Below are positions 9,829 through 19,479 of a stretch of DNA of 64,000 nucleotides, piece after piece; positions within the stretch are counted from its first letter, which is position 1; each line of letters opens with the position of its first letter. A program made the translations under genes and the position numbers. Source of the DNA: Campylobacteraceae bacterium (GTDB lineage: Bacteria > Campylobacterota > Campylobacteria > Campylobacterales > BB28); the NCBI GenBank assembly GCA_016744535.1, contig JADGEE010000003.1, forward strand, positions 4,328 to 68,327, given 5' to 3'. The notes below the pieces were generated by a model. The model was not told the origin of the DNA. It saw nothing but the letters and a program-made list of their open reading frames with translations, and did no database searches.

Positions 9829-11454
9829 TTATTTTATTATCTCTTCTATTATCATTTCTCCGTATTCCATTTTAATAACTCTATCTGCTATATGAAAGTA
9901 GTGGTCATCGTGTGTAACTGCTATTATAGTTTTTCCTCTCTTTTTTAAATCTTTTAAAATAACTTCATAAAAGTATTTTCGAAATTGAGGGTCTTGGTCA
10001 GCTGCCCACTCATCAAATACATAAATATCTTTATTTTCCAAAATGGCTGTAATTAGTGCTAATCTCTTTTTTTGTCCAGTTGAGAGATTTAAATTAGTAA
10101 AAGCGTTATCTACAAACTTAGTTTTATTTAAAAGCCCCATCTCTTTTAATAACTCTTTCATTCTTTTATTATCAACTTCACTTAAGCCATAAAGTTTTTT
10201 AAAAAGATAAAAATCTGTTAAAATAATCGAAAAAAGTTCTCTATATTGTTGATAATTACTATTGTTTATATATTCATCATCCATTAAAATCACTCCATTA
10301 CTTGGATAATATAGACCTGTTAAGAGTTTAATAAGTGTAGATTTTCCACTTCCATTTCCTCCAACTACAAAAATCATTTCACCTTTTTTAATAGTTAAAT
10401 TAATTGGTTTTATATTAAATAGAGTTTTGCTTTCTCTATCTTTGTATTCAAATGAGACATCATTAAATTGAAGTTCATCAAAACCAACAGAAGATTCATT
10501 AACTTCAAAAGTTTTATCTTTAGAGTTATCTAATTTATCTTCTAAATCATATATATTTTTAGTTGCAATATTTGCTTTTGCAAATACTGGCAGAGATGAA
10601 ACTAACATCTCTAACGGGCCTATAATAAATAAAATAGCTGTTGTAATTTTAATTATTATTATGCTGTACATTGGAAACAAATGTGGTAGTAAAAAGATAA
10701 TAGAAGCTATTAACATATAGAAAAATACTTGTGAAAACATTAAGTCAGTTACAAATCTATTTCCTGTTTTTATTTTTAAGTTTTCAAGTTTATTTGAAAT
10801 TCCTACAAGTGAATTAAATAAATCATCACTTTTTTTACTATTAATTTTTAACTCTTTAAAACCGTGTAAAATACTATCTAATGAATCAAAAAACTCTCTC
10901 TCTGTATTTGAGCTTTCTTGAAGTTCTGCTGAAATTATTTTTAAGTGACTTAGATAAGTTAGGACTGCAATTGCAATTGAAACAAGTGTAATCATAAAAG
11001 CTATTTTAGATAGATAAAAGATATAAAGTAGCGAAAAGACTAACATAATAGCTGATTGTGAAGCATTTGTAATAATTGTAGCTGATTGTGAAATTAAATT
11101 TGTATCTTGAGTTAATCGTGTATAAATCAACGATGTGCCAATGTGTTCTAAATGATAAAGTTCACTCTTTCTAATTTTATCTGAAACTCTAACTTTTACA
11201 TTTTTCATAATATGTTCTATTAATTCAGTTGATTTTAGTAATGCAAATCTTTTTGCTATATAAAAAATCAAAAAAGCTATCATAAAGAGAACTAAAAATC
11301 TAAAATTAACATTTTCATTTGATGCCATCTCTGCTGCTACATTTATAATCCCTAATAAAACTGCATTTGCAATTCCTGAAATAATAGCCATAGCAAAAAT
11401 AACTCTCCATTTACTAATTTTTGATTCTTGAGTAAAAAAATTTAATAAAAACAC
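9829..11454 (-). CDS. fused TMD-NBD ABC exporter, cyclic-peptide (YojI/PvdE/SyrD-like) family
   Basis: It has about six N-terminal TM helices, Walker A GGNGSGKST and signature LSTGQKKR. The Walker B context IYVFDEWAADQDP is characteristic of that family. The GTG start overlaps the stop of the upstream hydrolase gene (TAGTG). Confidence 0.85.
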   Translation of the reverse strand: MFLLNFFTQESKISKWRVIFAMAIISGIANAVLLGIINVAAEMASNENVNFRFLVLFMIAFLIFYIAKRFALLKSTELIEHIMKNVKVRVSDKIRKSELYHLEHIGTSLIYTRLTQDTNLISQSATIITNASQSAIMLVFSLLYIFYLSKIAFMITLVSIAIAVLTYLSHLKIISAELQESSNTEREFFDSLDSILHGFKELKINSKKSDDLFNSLVGISNKLENLKIKTGNRFVTDLMFSQVFFYMLIASIIFLLPHLFPMYSIIIIKITTAILFIIGPLEMLVSSLPVFAKANIATKNIYDLEDKLDNSKDKTFEVNESSVGFDELQFNDVSFEYKDRESKTLFNIKPINLTIKKGEMIFVVGGNGSGKSTLIKLLTGLYYPSNGVILMDDEYINNSNYQQYRELFSIILTDFYLFKKLYGLSEVDNKRMKELLKEMGLLNKTKFVDNAFTNLNLSTGQKKRLALITAILENKDIYVFDEWAADQDPQFRKYFYEVILKDLKKRGKTIIAVTHDDHYFHIADRVIKMEYGEMIIEEIIK

Positions 11455-12620
11455 TATTTAGCTTCTATTAAATTTAAAATATCTTCTGTTAATAATTTAA
11501 GCGGATAAGGTTTTTTTGAATTAATAATTTTACTATTAAAACAAGTTGAAATAGAACTATTAGAATTAAATCCATACATAATAATACAATTATATCCATC
11601 AATAGAACCTAAATGAAAAAGTGCATTTAAATCCTCGTCATAACCTATTCCATAACCCATTTTAAAATATTTTGTTTTAATATATTTTGATGTATCTTTT
11701 ATATTTTTATTAAAAAACTCTTTTTTATATAACTTCCCTTCACCAATTATCTTAATCCAACTATTAAGTCCTTTTATATCTGTGATTAAATTACCTGTCG
11801 CCCAAATAAAAGATGGATGTAATTTACTTCTATCATCATATATAATATCATCACTTGAAAAATTTGTATTATAAATAGAATCATAATAATCCATTTGAAT
11901 ATAACCATTTGCTAAATTATCTATATTAAATTCATCTTTTTGTATATCTGAAATTATAAAATTATGTTTTCCTAAAGCTTTAGTTAATATTTTATCAACA
12001 TTATATTCCCAACTTTTACCTGTAATATTTTCTATAATTTTAGCTAAAAATAGATAGTTTGAATTTGAATATTTAAAGCCATCTTTGCCTTTTTCTAAAT
12101 CAACCATTTTAAATAATTCATTAATAGTAAACTTTTTAGTAGGGTTATAGATATATGCCTTAAACCATTTTTTGCTATTTGTTAAATTAAATAATCCACT
12201 TGTATGAGTTAAAAGTTCACTAATAGTAATTTCATTTAAATCATAATTAGACATATTTAAATCTAACACTTCGCTAACTTTAGTATCAAAATTTAATTTT
12301 TTTTGGGCAATTAAATTTAAAATTATATTTGCTGAAACAGTTTTTGTAATACTTCCAATTTTAAATTTATGATTAGAAGTCATATTCTCTTCACATTTAT
12401 TATAATCAATTCCATTTTTCATAGCTTTAGTGCTTAATTTTGCACAACCATAAGAGTATATATAATCACTATTATCTAAATTAATAGCAATAATCCCACC
12501 AGCAGATTCAAAGCCTTTAACTCTCTTCTCTAATAACATTTTAAACTCTGTCTCTAAAGTATTTGGAGTTTTAGCATAACTTATAATTGCTACTAATAAT
12601 AAAATAAAAACTTTTCTCAT
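11454..12620 (-). CDS. secreted beta-lactamase-fold serine hydrolase (class C / DD-peptidase-like)
   Basis: It has a signal peptide (MRKVFILLLVAIISYA), an SxxK motif (GSITKT) and a YxN motif (YSNSNY). Confidence 0.8.
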   Translation of the reverse strand: MRKVFILLLVAIISYAKTPNTLETEFKMLLEKRVKGFESAGGIIAINLDNSDYIYSYGCAKLSTKAMKNGIDYNKCEENMTSNHKFKIGSITKTVSANIILNLIAQKKLNFDTKVSEVLDLNMSNYDLNEITISELLTHTSGLFNLTNSKKWFKAYIYNPTKKFTINELFKMVDLEKGKDGFKYSNSNYLFLAKIIENITGKSWEYNVDKILTKALGKHNFIISDIQKDEFNIDNLANGYIQMDYYDSIYNTNFSSDDIIYDDRSKLHPSFIWATGNLITDIKGLNSWIKIIGEGKLYKKEFFNKNIKDTSKYIKTKYFKMGYGIGYDEDLNALFHLGSIDGYNCIIMYGFNSNSSISTCFNSKIINSKKPYPLKLLTEDILNLIEAK

Positions 12621-12704
12621 TAAAATTCCCTCAAATTATACAACTATTTTTCATATTTGTATTATAATATAATATCTAAATTATTAAAAAAAGGATTAAC
12701 TATA

Positions 12705-13241
12705 ATGCTAAAAAAAACAATATTATATTTATTAATTTTAAGTCTATCTATTCCAACACTACTCAATGCTTTTAATTCTGAAATTGATTTAAAAGCTGTA
12801 TTTATTGGAAGATTTTCAAAATTTGTAACTTGGCCTAATAAAGGTAGAGATAAATTTATAATTACAATTATAGACAATAACCCTTTTGATGATAAGTTAG
12901 ATAAATTATATGGAAATAAAAAAATTCACGATAAACCGGTTGAATTAAATTATGTAACTTCAATTAAAGATATAAAAAATATAAAAGATAGTAATATTGT
13001 ATTTATAACTATAAAAAATCAAAAAGATATTAAGAAAATTTTAAATTATGCAAAAGAGAACTCTATTTTGACAGTTAGTGACAATAAAGGGTTTGCACAA
13101 AGAGGTGGAATGATACAAATTAATTTTATAATGCGAAGGGTTCGATTTAAAATTAATAATGAAGCATCAAAAGAGGCAAATTTAAAAATAAGTTCATCAT
13201 TTCTAAATATTTCAGAAGTTATAAAAGGGGCTAAAAATTGA
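12705..13241 (+). CDS. YfiR-like periplasmic protein (DUF4154)
   Basis: LKAVFIGRFSKFVTWPN ... ILTVSDNKGFAQRGGMIQINF..RVRFKINNEASKEANLKISSSFL follows the DUF4154 pattern. The signal peptide starts at the MLKKTILYLL methionine (12705), not the track start at 12657. Confidence 0.75.
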   Translation: MLKKTILYLLILSLSIPTLLNAFNSEIDLKAVFIGRFSKFVTWPNKGRDKFIITIIDNNPFDDKLDKLYGNKKIHDKPVELNYVTSIKDIKNIKDSNIVFITIKNQKDIKKILNYAKENSILTVSDNKGFAQRGGMIQINFIMRRVRFKINNEASKEANLKISSSFLNISEVIKGAKN

Positions 13242-15631
13242 AAAATTTAAAGTTGCTATCAACTTTCTCTATTTTAGTTACAACAATATTAAGTGCAACT
13301 AGTGATGATTTATATAATAAAAGTTTAAATGAGTTATTAAATTTAGAGTTAGAACCAAATGTTGAAGTTGGCTCAAGAGATAAATCAAGGGCTTTAAATG
13401 ATAGTGCTGTTGCAATTGATGTCATAACTTCCAAAGAGATAGAAAAAACTGGTTATACTGAATTGACTAAAGTATTACAAAGATTTATCCCTAGTTTTAA
13501 CTATCCTAGAGTCTCTATTAGAGATGGAAGTGACCATCAAAGACCTTTTACATTAAGAGGTTTAAATCCAGACCAAATTTTAGTTTTAATAAATGGAAAA
13601 AGAGTCCATACAACTGCACTTATGCACGTAAATAACTCAATTGGAAGAGGCTCAAGTGGAGTTGATTTAAATACAATAGCATTACACTCAATTGATAGAG
13701 TTGAAATACTAAGAGATGGAGCAGCCGCACAATATGGCTCTGACGCAATTGCAGGGGTTATAAATATAATCTTAAAAGCTGATGGATATAAAAATCAATT
13801 TAGTTCTACAATTGGAGAGACAAAAGAGGGCGATGGTAGAGTATATCAAAGTGATCTATTTTATTCGATTCCATTAAAATATGATGGATTTTTAAATATT
13901 ACACTAGAGAGTAGAGATAGAAATCCTACAAATAGGGCTGGAGTTGATTCAAGAGTACAATATCCAAATGGAAATATTAAAAATAATTTAGAACCAAGTG
14001 TTAATATGAGGTATGGTGATTCTGATGCTAAAGATTTAATTTTAGTTTTAAATGCAGATATTCCACAAGAGAATGGAAATAGTTACTATATACACTCTCT
14101 TTTAAATAAAAGAGATAGCGAAGCTGGTGCATATAGAAGAAGGGCGGTAGATGATAGAAATAGTATTGAGATATATCCTGATGGATTTTTACCTCTAATT
14201 TCAACAAAAGTTCTTGATTACTCTTTGACTTTAGGTATGAATGGCTTTACAGAAAATAGTATTAAGTGGGATTTAAGTAACACAATTGGTTATAATGAAA
14301 TGGGATATTATTTAAGAGATTCTTTAAATAAATCTTTAGGCTTAGAATCTCCAACATCATTTTATAATGGAGAGTTAAACTATTTACAAAATAGTATAAA
14401 TTTAGATTTATCAAAGAAGTTTTCAAACTTTAATATCTCTGGTGGAACTGAAATTAGATATGAAAATTTTGGAATTGAAGCTGGAGATAGAGAATCTTAT
14501 ATTATAGGTAATGAGAATAGTATAGGTGGCTCACAAGGTTTTCCTGGATTTAGAGAAGAGAATGAAATTGATGAGAATAGACAAAATTATGCCTTATATT
14601 TAGATATTAATTATCAATTAACAAAAAAACTATCAATTAATGGTGCTTCAAGATATGAGTATTATACAGATTTTGGCTCAACTATTGATTCAAAAATTGC
14701 ACTACTTCATAAAACAGATAATGATTTATCACTTAGAGGCTCATTTAGTACTGGTTTTAGAGCTCCTTCACTTTCTCAAAACCATTTTAATGCAACCACA
14801 ACTGTGTTTACGGTAGATAATTTATATGAGACTGGAACATTTGGAGTAGATCACCCTTTGGCTAAAGCTTTAGGTGCAAAAGATTTAAAACCTGAAAAAT
14901 CAAAACATTTTACAACAGGTTTTATCTATCAGCCAAACTCAAATTTATCTTTTACACTTGACTATTTTTATACAAAAATAGATGATAGAATAATACTATC
15001 AGAGAATATTGACAGTGCAATTTCAGATGAAGTTCAAAATATTTTTGATACTTACAAAATAGGAAAAGCTAGGTTTTTTACAAATGCAATTTCAAGTAAA
15101 ACAGATGGATTTGATTTAAGAGCAAATTATAATTATACTTTAGAAAACAGTTCAAAATTAAATTTTGGTATTTGGTATAACTATACAAAAAATAGAATTT
15201 TAAGCATTAATAATCCTCCAGATATTCTTGGTGCTAAAGGAGATGATATAATTATCGGTTTTCCTGCGAGAGGAAGAATAGAAGATGGACAACCAAGTAG
15301 TAGTATGAAAATTTTAACAAATTATGAATTAAATAATTTAAATATAGCACTAAATTTAAATAGATATGGAACTTTTCAACACTTAGTTAGTGAAGAGTTT
15401 TATCAAAAATTTGGTGCAGAGTGGATTACTGATATAGACATATCTTATCAATTAAATGATAAATTCAATATTGCTATTGGTAGTCATAATTTATTTGATA
15501 TATATCCTGATAAATGGGAAGATAGTAAAAATGAGATTTTCGCAGGAGATTCAATTATACCATATTCACAATACTCACCATTTGGATTTAATGGAGCATT
15601 TTACTATTTTAGGCTCAAATATGAATTTTAA
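13238..15631 (+). CDS. TonB-dependent outer-membrane receptor
   Basis: It has plug motifs (DVITSKEIEKTG, LRGLNPDQILVLINGKRV, IDRVEILRDGAAAQYGSDAIAGVINI) and a C-terminal ...FYYFRLKYEF aromatic terminus. The start overlaps the yfiR-like stop by 4 nt. Confidence 0.9.
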   Translation: MKNLKLLSTFSILVTTILSATSDDLYNKSLNELLNLELEPNVEVGSRDKSRALNDSAVAIDVITSKEIEKTGYTELTKVLQRFIPSFNYPRVSIRDGSDHQRPFTLRGLNPDQILVLINGKRVHTTALMHVNNSIGRGSSGVDLNTIALHSIDRVEILRDGAAAQYGSDAIAGVINIILKADGYKNQFSSTIGETKEGDGRVYQSDLFYSIPLKYDGFLNITLESRDRNPTNRAGVDSRVQYPNGNIKNNLEPSVNMRYGDSDAKDLILVLNADIPQENGNSYYIHSLLNKRDSEAGAYRRRAVDDRNSIEIYPDGFLPLISTKVLDYSLTLGMNGFTENSIKWDLSNTIGYNEMGYYLRDSLNKSLGLESPTSFYNGELNYLQNSINLDLSKKFSNFNISGGTEIRYENFGIEAGDRESYIIGNENSIGGSQGFPGFREENEIDENRQNYALYLDINYQLTKKLSINGASRYEYYTDFGSTIDSKIALLHKTDNDLSLRGSFSTGFRAPSLSQNHFNATTTVFTVDNLYETGTFGVDHPLAKALGAKDLKPEKSKHFTTGFIYQPNSNLSFTLDYFYTKIDDRIILSENIDSAISDEVQNIFDTYKIGKARFFTNAISSKTDGFDLRANYNYTLENSSKLNFGIWYNYTKNRILSINNPPDILGAKGDDIIIGFPARGRIEDGQPSSSMKILTNYELNNLNIALNLNRYGTFQHLVSEEFYQKFGAEWITDIDISYQLNDKFNIAIGSHNLFDIYPDKWEDSKNEIFAGDSIIPYSQYSPFGFNGAFYYFRLKYEF

Positions 15632-17150
15632 CTCTTTCTCTATTCGTATAAAATTAATTTTGCTACTTAGTTTAAGTGCAGCTATTGCACTATTTATATC
15701 ATCTATTATATTTTTTTACTATACATATAATTTAGAAAAAAAGAGTTACATTGAATCTTTAACACAACTCTCTATGATAAGTAGTGAAAATATTAAACCA
15801 GCTATTATGTTTATGGATGAAGAGAGTGCTAATAAAATAATTGCTCCTTTTAAAATTAATGAAAATATTTTATCAGCTAAAGTTTATGATGAAAGTTTTA
15901 CACAATTTGCTTCATATACCTCTAATTCTTATAAATTAGATAGTAGTGATATAGAAATTATTCCTAACTATAAAGATAAATTTGTTAAAAATAAAGAAAT
16001 TATAAAAGTGATAAATTGGGATAGAGTTATTGTTTTAGTCCCTATTATTTTAGATAATCAATTTATTGGAATTTTTGAAGTTATCTCTAATACTAATTTA
16101 CTAAAAGAGAAGTTAATTAACTTAACAATTATTCAAACTATTATTATTATATTTACTCTAGTATTAATAATTTATCTATCCACAAAAGTAGAAAAAATAT
16201 TTACAGAACCTATGTTTAAATTAGTAGATATTATGAATTATATTTCAAAGAGTAAAAAATATGATACGAAAATTAATTTAAATAGATTTGATGAATTTAG
16301 AGATTTAAATGATGGATTTAACTCAATGATCAAAGAGATTAACACTAGAGATAAAGAGATGAAAGAGATGCACACTAAAGTTACAGATTCAATTGAGTAT
16401 GCGTCTTTAATCCAACACACTCTAATGCCTAAAAGTGAAGATTTTAAACACTATTTTAGAGATTTTTTTATTATATGGCAACCGAGAAATATAGTCGGTG
16501 GCGATATATATCTATTTGAAGAGTTACCAAATGATAAAGGATGTCTATTATTGGTAATTGATTGTACTGGTCACGGAGTGCCTGGTGCATTTGTGACTAT
16601 GCTTGTCAAAGCAATAGAGAGAGAAGTTGTATCTAAAATTATAAATAGTAATAATGAAGTAAATACTGCTGAAATTCTATCAATTTTTAATAAAAGTATA
16701 AAATATCTTTTAAAGCAAGATAGTAGAGAATCTATCTCAAATGCTGGATTTGATGGTGGAGTTTTATATTATAATAAAAAGAAAAATATAGTTAAATTCT
16801 CTGGTGCTAAAACTCCTCTATTTTTTATTCAAAATAATAAAATAAATATGATAAAAGGTTGTAGACACTCTATTGGATATAAACGCTCTGATGTAAATTA
16901 TAAGTTTCAAGAACATACTATCAATGTATCAAATGACACTTATATATATTTAACTACTGATGGCTATTTAGACCAAATAGGTGGAGAGAGAAATTATATA
17001 TTTGGAAAAAAGAGATTTCAAAAATTACTTCGAGAAAATTTTAAAAAACCATTTGATGCTCAAAAGAAAATTTTAAAAGATACATTAGCAGATTATAGTA
17101 CAGATAATTTACAAACTGATGATATTACCCTTTTAGGATTAAAAATTTAA
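15621..17150 (+). CDS. membrane sensor: periplasmic domain - HAMP - SpoIIE/PP2C phosphatase
   Basis: It has two TM segments flanking a ~160-aa loop and a HAMP-like segment (FTEPMFKLVDIMN...FDEFRDLNDGFNSMIKEIN). PP2C motifs are GGDIYLFEE, LLVIDCTGHGVPGAF, TTDGYLDQ and DDITLLGLKI. I chose the ATG at 15621 (MNFNSFSIRIKL...), which overlaps the receptor stop. The track start at 15456 lies inside the receptor gene. Confidence 0.8.
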   Translation: MNFNSFSIRIKLILLLSLSAAIALFISSIIFFYYTYNLEKKSYIESLTQLSMISSENIKPAIMFMDEESANKIIAPFKINENILSAKVYDESFTQFASYTSNSYKLDSSDIEIIPNYKDKFVKNKEIIKVINWDRVIVLVPIILDNQFIGIFEVISNTNLLKEKLINLTIIQTIIIIFTLVLIIYLSTKVEKIFTEPMFKLVDIMNYISKSKKYDTKINLNRFDEFRDLNDGFNSMIKEINTRDKEMKEMHTKVTDSIEYASLIQHTLMPKSEDFKHYFRDFFIIWQPRNIVGGDIYLFEELPNDKGCLLLVIDCTGHGVPGAFVTMLVKAIEREVVSKIINSNNEVNTAEILSIFNKSIKYLLKQDSRESISNAGFDGGVLYYNKKKNIVKFSGAKTPLFFIQNNKINMIKGCRHSIGYKRSDVNYKFQEHTINVSNDTYIYLTTDGYLDQIGGERNYIFGKKRFQKLLRENFKKPFDAQKKILKDTLADYSTDNLQTDDITLLGLKI

Positions 17151-17164
17151 TTCAAGGAGAAGAA

Positions 17165-18154
17165 GTGAATTATTATAAAATAGATGAAAAAAATAGAGTA
17201 GTGTGTCAATTGTGTCGCCACTATTGTGAATTAAAAGAGAAACAAGTTGGGATTTGCGGAGTTAATAAAAATGAAAATGGAAAATTTAAAAATTTAGTTT
17301 ATAATCATCCAAGTACAATTAATGTAGATCCTGTGGAGAAAAAACCACTCTATCACTTTTTACCCTCAACTACCTCTCTCTCTTTTGGAACAGTTGGGTG
17401 TAATTTTCAATGTCCATTTTGTCAAAATTGGAAAATTTCACAAGAGCATAATATCGATACAAATACAATAGTTACAAAAGAGCAAATGGTTGCACTTGCC
17501 CTAAAGTATGAGTGTAAATCAATTTCATATACTTACAACGAACCTACAATTTTTTACCCTTATGCAAAAGATGTTGGACTTTTAGCTAAAGAGTATAATT
17601 TAAAAAATATATTTGTCTCAAATGGGTTTGAATCTAAAGAAGTAATAGAGGATATGAGAGATTGGGTTGATGCTATTAATGTAGATTTAAAATCTTTTAA
17701 TAGTGAGTATTATAAAAAAATCTTAAAAGGGGGACTTGAAGAGTTAAAAGATTCTCTAAAATTAATGCTAAAGAATGGAATATGGGTTGAAATTACAACT
17801 TTAGTAATTGATGAAATAAATTCAAATCCAAAAGAGTTAGAGAAGATTGCAAAATTTATTGTAAACGAGTTAGGCTCACATATTCCTTGGCACTTAAGTG
17901 CATTTCACCCTGATTATAAAATGGATAAACACTCACCAACTAAATTAAAATCACTTACAGATGCTTATGAAATTGGTGTAAAAGCTGGTTTAAAATATAT
18001 CTATTTAGGAAATATTCCAGTTCCTAGCGAAACATATTGCCCAAAGTGTGAAGAGAGTTTAATTTTGAGAAAAAACTTTGATGTTATAAAAAATATTTTA
18101 AAAGATAGCAAATGTACAAAATGTGATACCAAAATAGAGGGAATTTGGGAATAA
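17165..18154 (+). CDS. amrS: AmmeMemoRadiSam-type radical SAM enzyme
   Basis: It has an N-terminal Cys cluster (CQLCRHYC...GICG), a radical SAM CNFQCPFCQNW motif and a C-terminal CPKC...CTKC. It has a GTG start with GGAGAAG upstream. Confidence 0.8.
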   Translation: MNYYKIDEKNRVVCQLCRHYCELKEKQVGICGVNKNENGKFKNLVYNHPSTINVDPVEKKPLYHFLPSTTSLSFGTVGCNFQCPFCQNWKISQEHNIDTNTIVTKEQMVALALKYECKSISYTYNEPTIFYPYAKDVGLLAKEYNLKNIFVSNGFESKEVIEDMRDWVDAINVDLKSFNSEYYKKILKGGLEELKDSLKLMLKNGIWVEITTLVIDEINSNPKELEKIAKFIVNELGSHIPWHLSAFHPDYKMDKHSPTKLKSLTDAYEIGVKAGLKYIYLGNIPVPSETYCPKCEESLILRKNFDVIKNILKDSKCTKCDTKIEGIWE

Positions 18155-18164
18155 TATATTTTAA

Positions 18165-19394
18165 TTATTGAGGAGTTCTCTGTTTGGTCAAAGTCAAAAT
18201 AATTGCACTTAAAACTAACTCATTTTTTTCAGAAATAGATTCTTGAGACTTTAATAATGCTCTTAATTTTTTCTTATCATCATAAAGCATCTCTTCAGCT
18301 AACTTTTTCTTATCTCTAAAAGTTTTAAGCTGATCTCTAACTACTGCTAACCTATCACTTGTCTCTTTTTTCTCTTTAAAAATACTCTCCTCTTCTCGCA
18401 TCATATTTTTTATATCTACTGAAACACTCTTAACTTCATTTTCGTTTGAATTTTGTTGAGATTTTAATTGAGTTAATTTATTTTGAGATTTTGCAATATT
18501 TTTTGATAAATTATCACTACCATTTACTAACTCTTCCCATCTATTTTCTAATTTTTCTCGTTCTGAATTTAACTCATCAACTTTAACGCTTAACTCATTT
18601 AAATCAATTTCTAACTTTTTAACATCTTTTTTCTTGCGTATAATTCCATCTTTATCTTTTTTATGTTGGATTATTACAGGTAGTACATTTGAATTATTCC
18701 ACTTTGATCCATTTTTATCACACATAATAGGTTTCAAATACTTCTTTTTATCTCTCTCATCAACTTCAACATCACCATCATAATAAGCTATAAATTTCAA
18801 AGCATTCTCATCTTTTTCAATTAATAGTTCAATTAAATATTCAGAGATTAAATTCATAATATTTGAAGTGTAATTTTTTAACACATAAGCTATATACAAC
18901 TCTATTGTTTCAGCATCTTCATCATCAAAATTATGTTTTATTACATCATAAACCCATTTTTTAATTAATTTTTGATAATTTTCCATAAAATAGACATTTG
19001 AAATTTTTGAAAAATCAAAATCATTTTTCATTAACTCTGATACAATATACTCTAGGGCTTTATTAATTGATTGAGTAGGGAATACTTTTTTAAATTGTTG
19101 TATCTTTTGAGTTGGAGTTAATTTTGGCTTTGGAGGAATAAATTTTTTAATTACAATTTTACTATTTGTAACCATTACTACATCTTTAGGATTTAATTTT
19201 AATCCTCTCTTAGATGCAATTTTAATCATATTTTTCTTTTTATCATCATCAATATCAGCTAAGAGATTGTTTAACTCTTCAAAAAAAGAGTTATCAATAG
19301 TTATTGTACTTTGTTTTATTGTAGATTGATTATTTTTGTAAAACTCTATAAATGTTGCTAATAAAGCTTTCATTAAGTCAGTATGAGAAGACAT
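18165..19394 (-). CDS. hypothetical Lys/Glu-rich coiled-coil protein
   Basis: It is a long ORF. The C-terminal ~170 aa have heptad-like charged repeats (LNELSVKVDELNSEREKLENRWEEL...). I recognise no family motif. The ATG at 19394 has AAGGA 6 nt upstream. Confidence 0.5.
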   Translation of the reverse strand: MSSHTDLMKALLATFIEFYKNNQSTIKQSTITIDNSFFEELNNLLADIDDDKKKNMIKIASKRGLKLNPKDVVMVTNSKIVIKKFIPPKPKLTPTQKIQQFKKVFPTQSINKALEYIVSELMKNDFDFSKISNVYFMENYQKLIKKWVYDVIKHNFDDEDAETIELYIAYVLKNYTSNIMNLISEYLIELLIEKDENALKFIAYYDGDVEVDERDKKKYLKPIMCDKNGSKWNNSNVLPVIIQHKKDKDGIIRKKKDVKKLEIDLNELSVKVDELNSEREKLENRWEELVNGSDNLSKNIAKSQNKLTQLKSQQNSNENEVKSVSVDIKNMMREEESIFKEKKETSDRLAVVRDQLKTFRDKKKLAEEMLYDDKKKLRALLKSQESISEKNELVLSAIILTLTKQRTPQ

Positions 19395-19479
19395 AGAATT
19401 CCTTTTCACTTTTATATAAACCTATTATACTAAAATTAATAAATTTAAAAATAAAATCAATAAATTTTTTAATTTTTGG

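Noticed and set aside
9829-11454. Whether this ABC protein is the type I secretion exporter for the neighbouring large surface proteins.
   Set aside because: It is a YojI/PvdE-type half-transporter with no adjacent membrane-fusion or TolC-like gene. The surface proteins have N-terminal signal peptides and no RTX GGxGxD repeats or C-terminal T1SS signal.
15456-15620. N-terminal 55 codons of the track ORF 15456..17150.
   Set aside because: This stretch lies entirely inside the 3' end of the TonB-dependent receptor gene in another frame. The ATG at 15621 gives a normal TM-anchored N-terminus (MNFNSFSIRIKLILLL...) and stop/start coupling.
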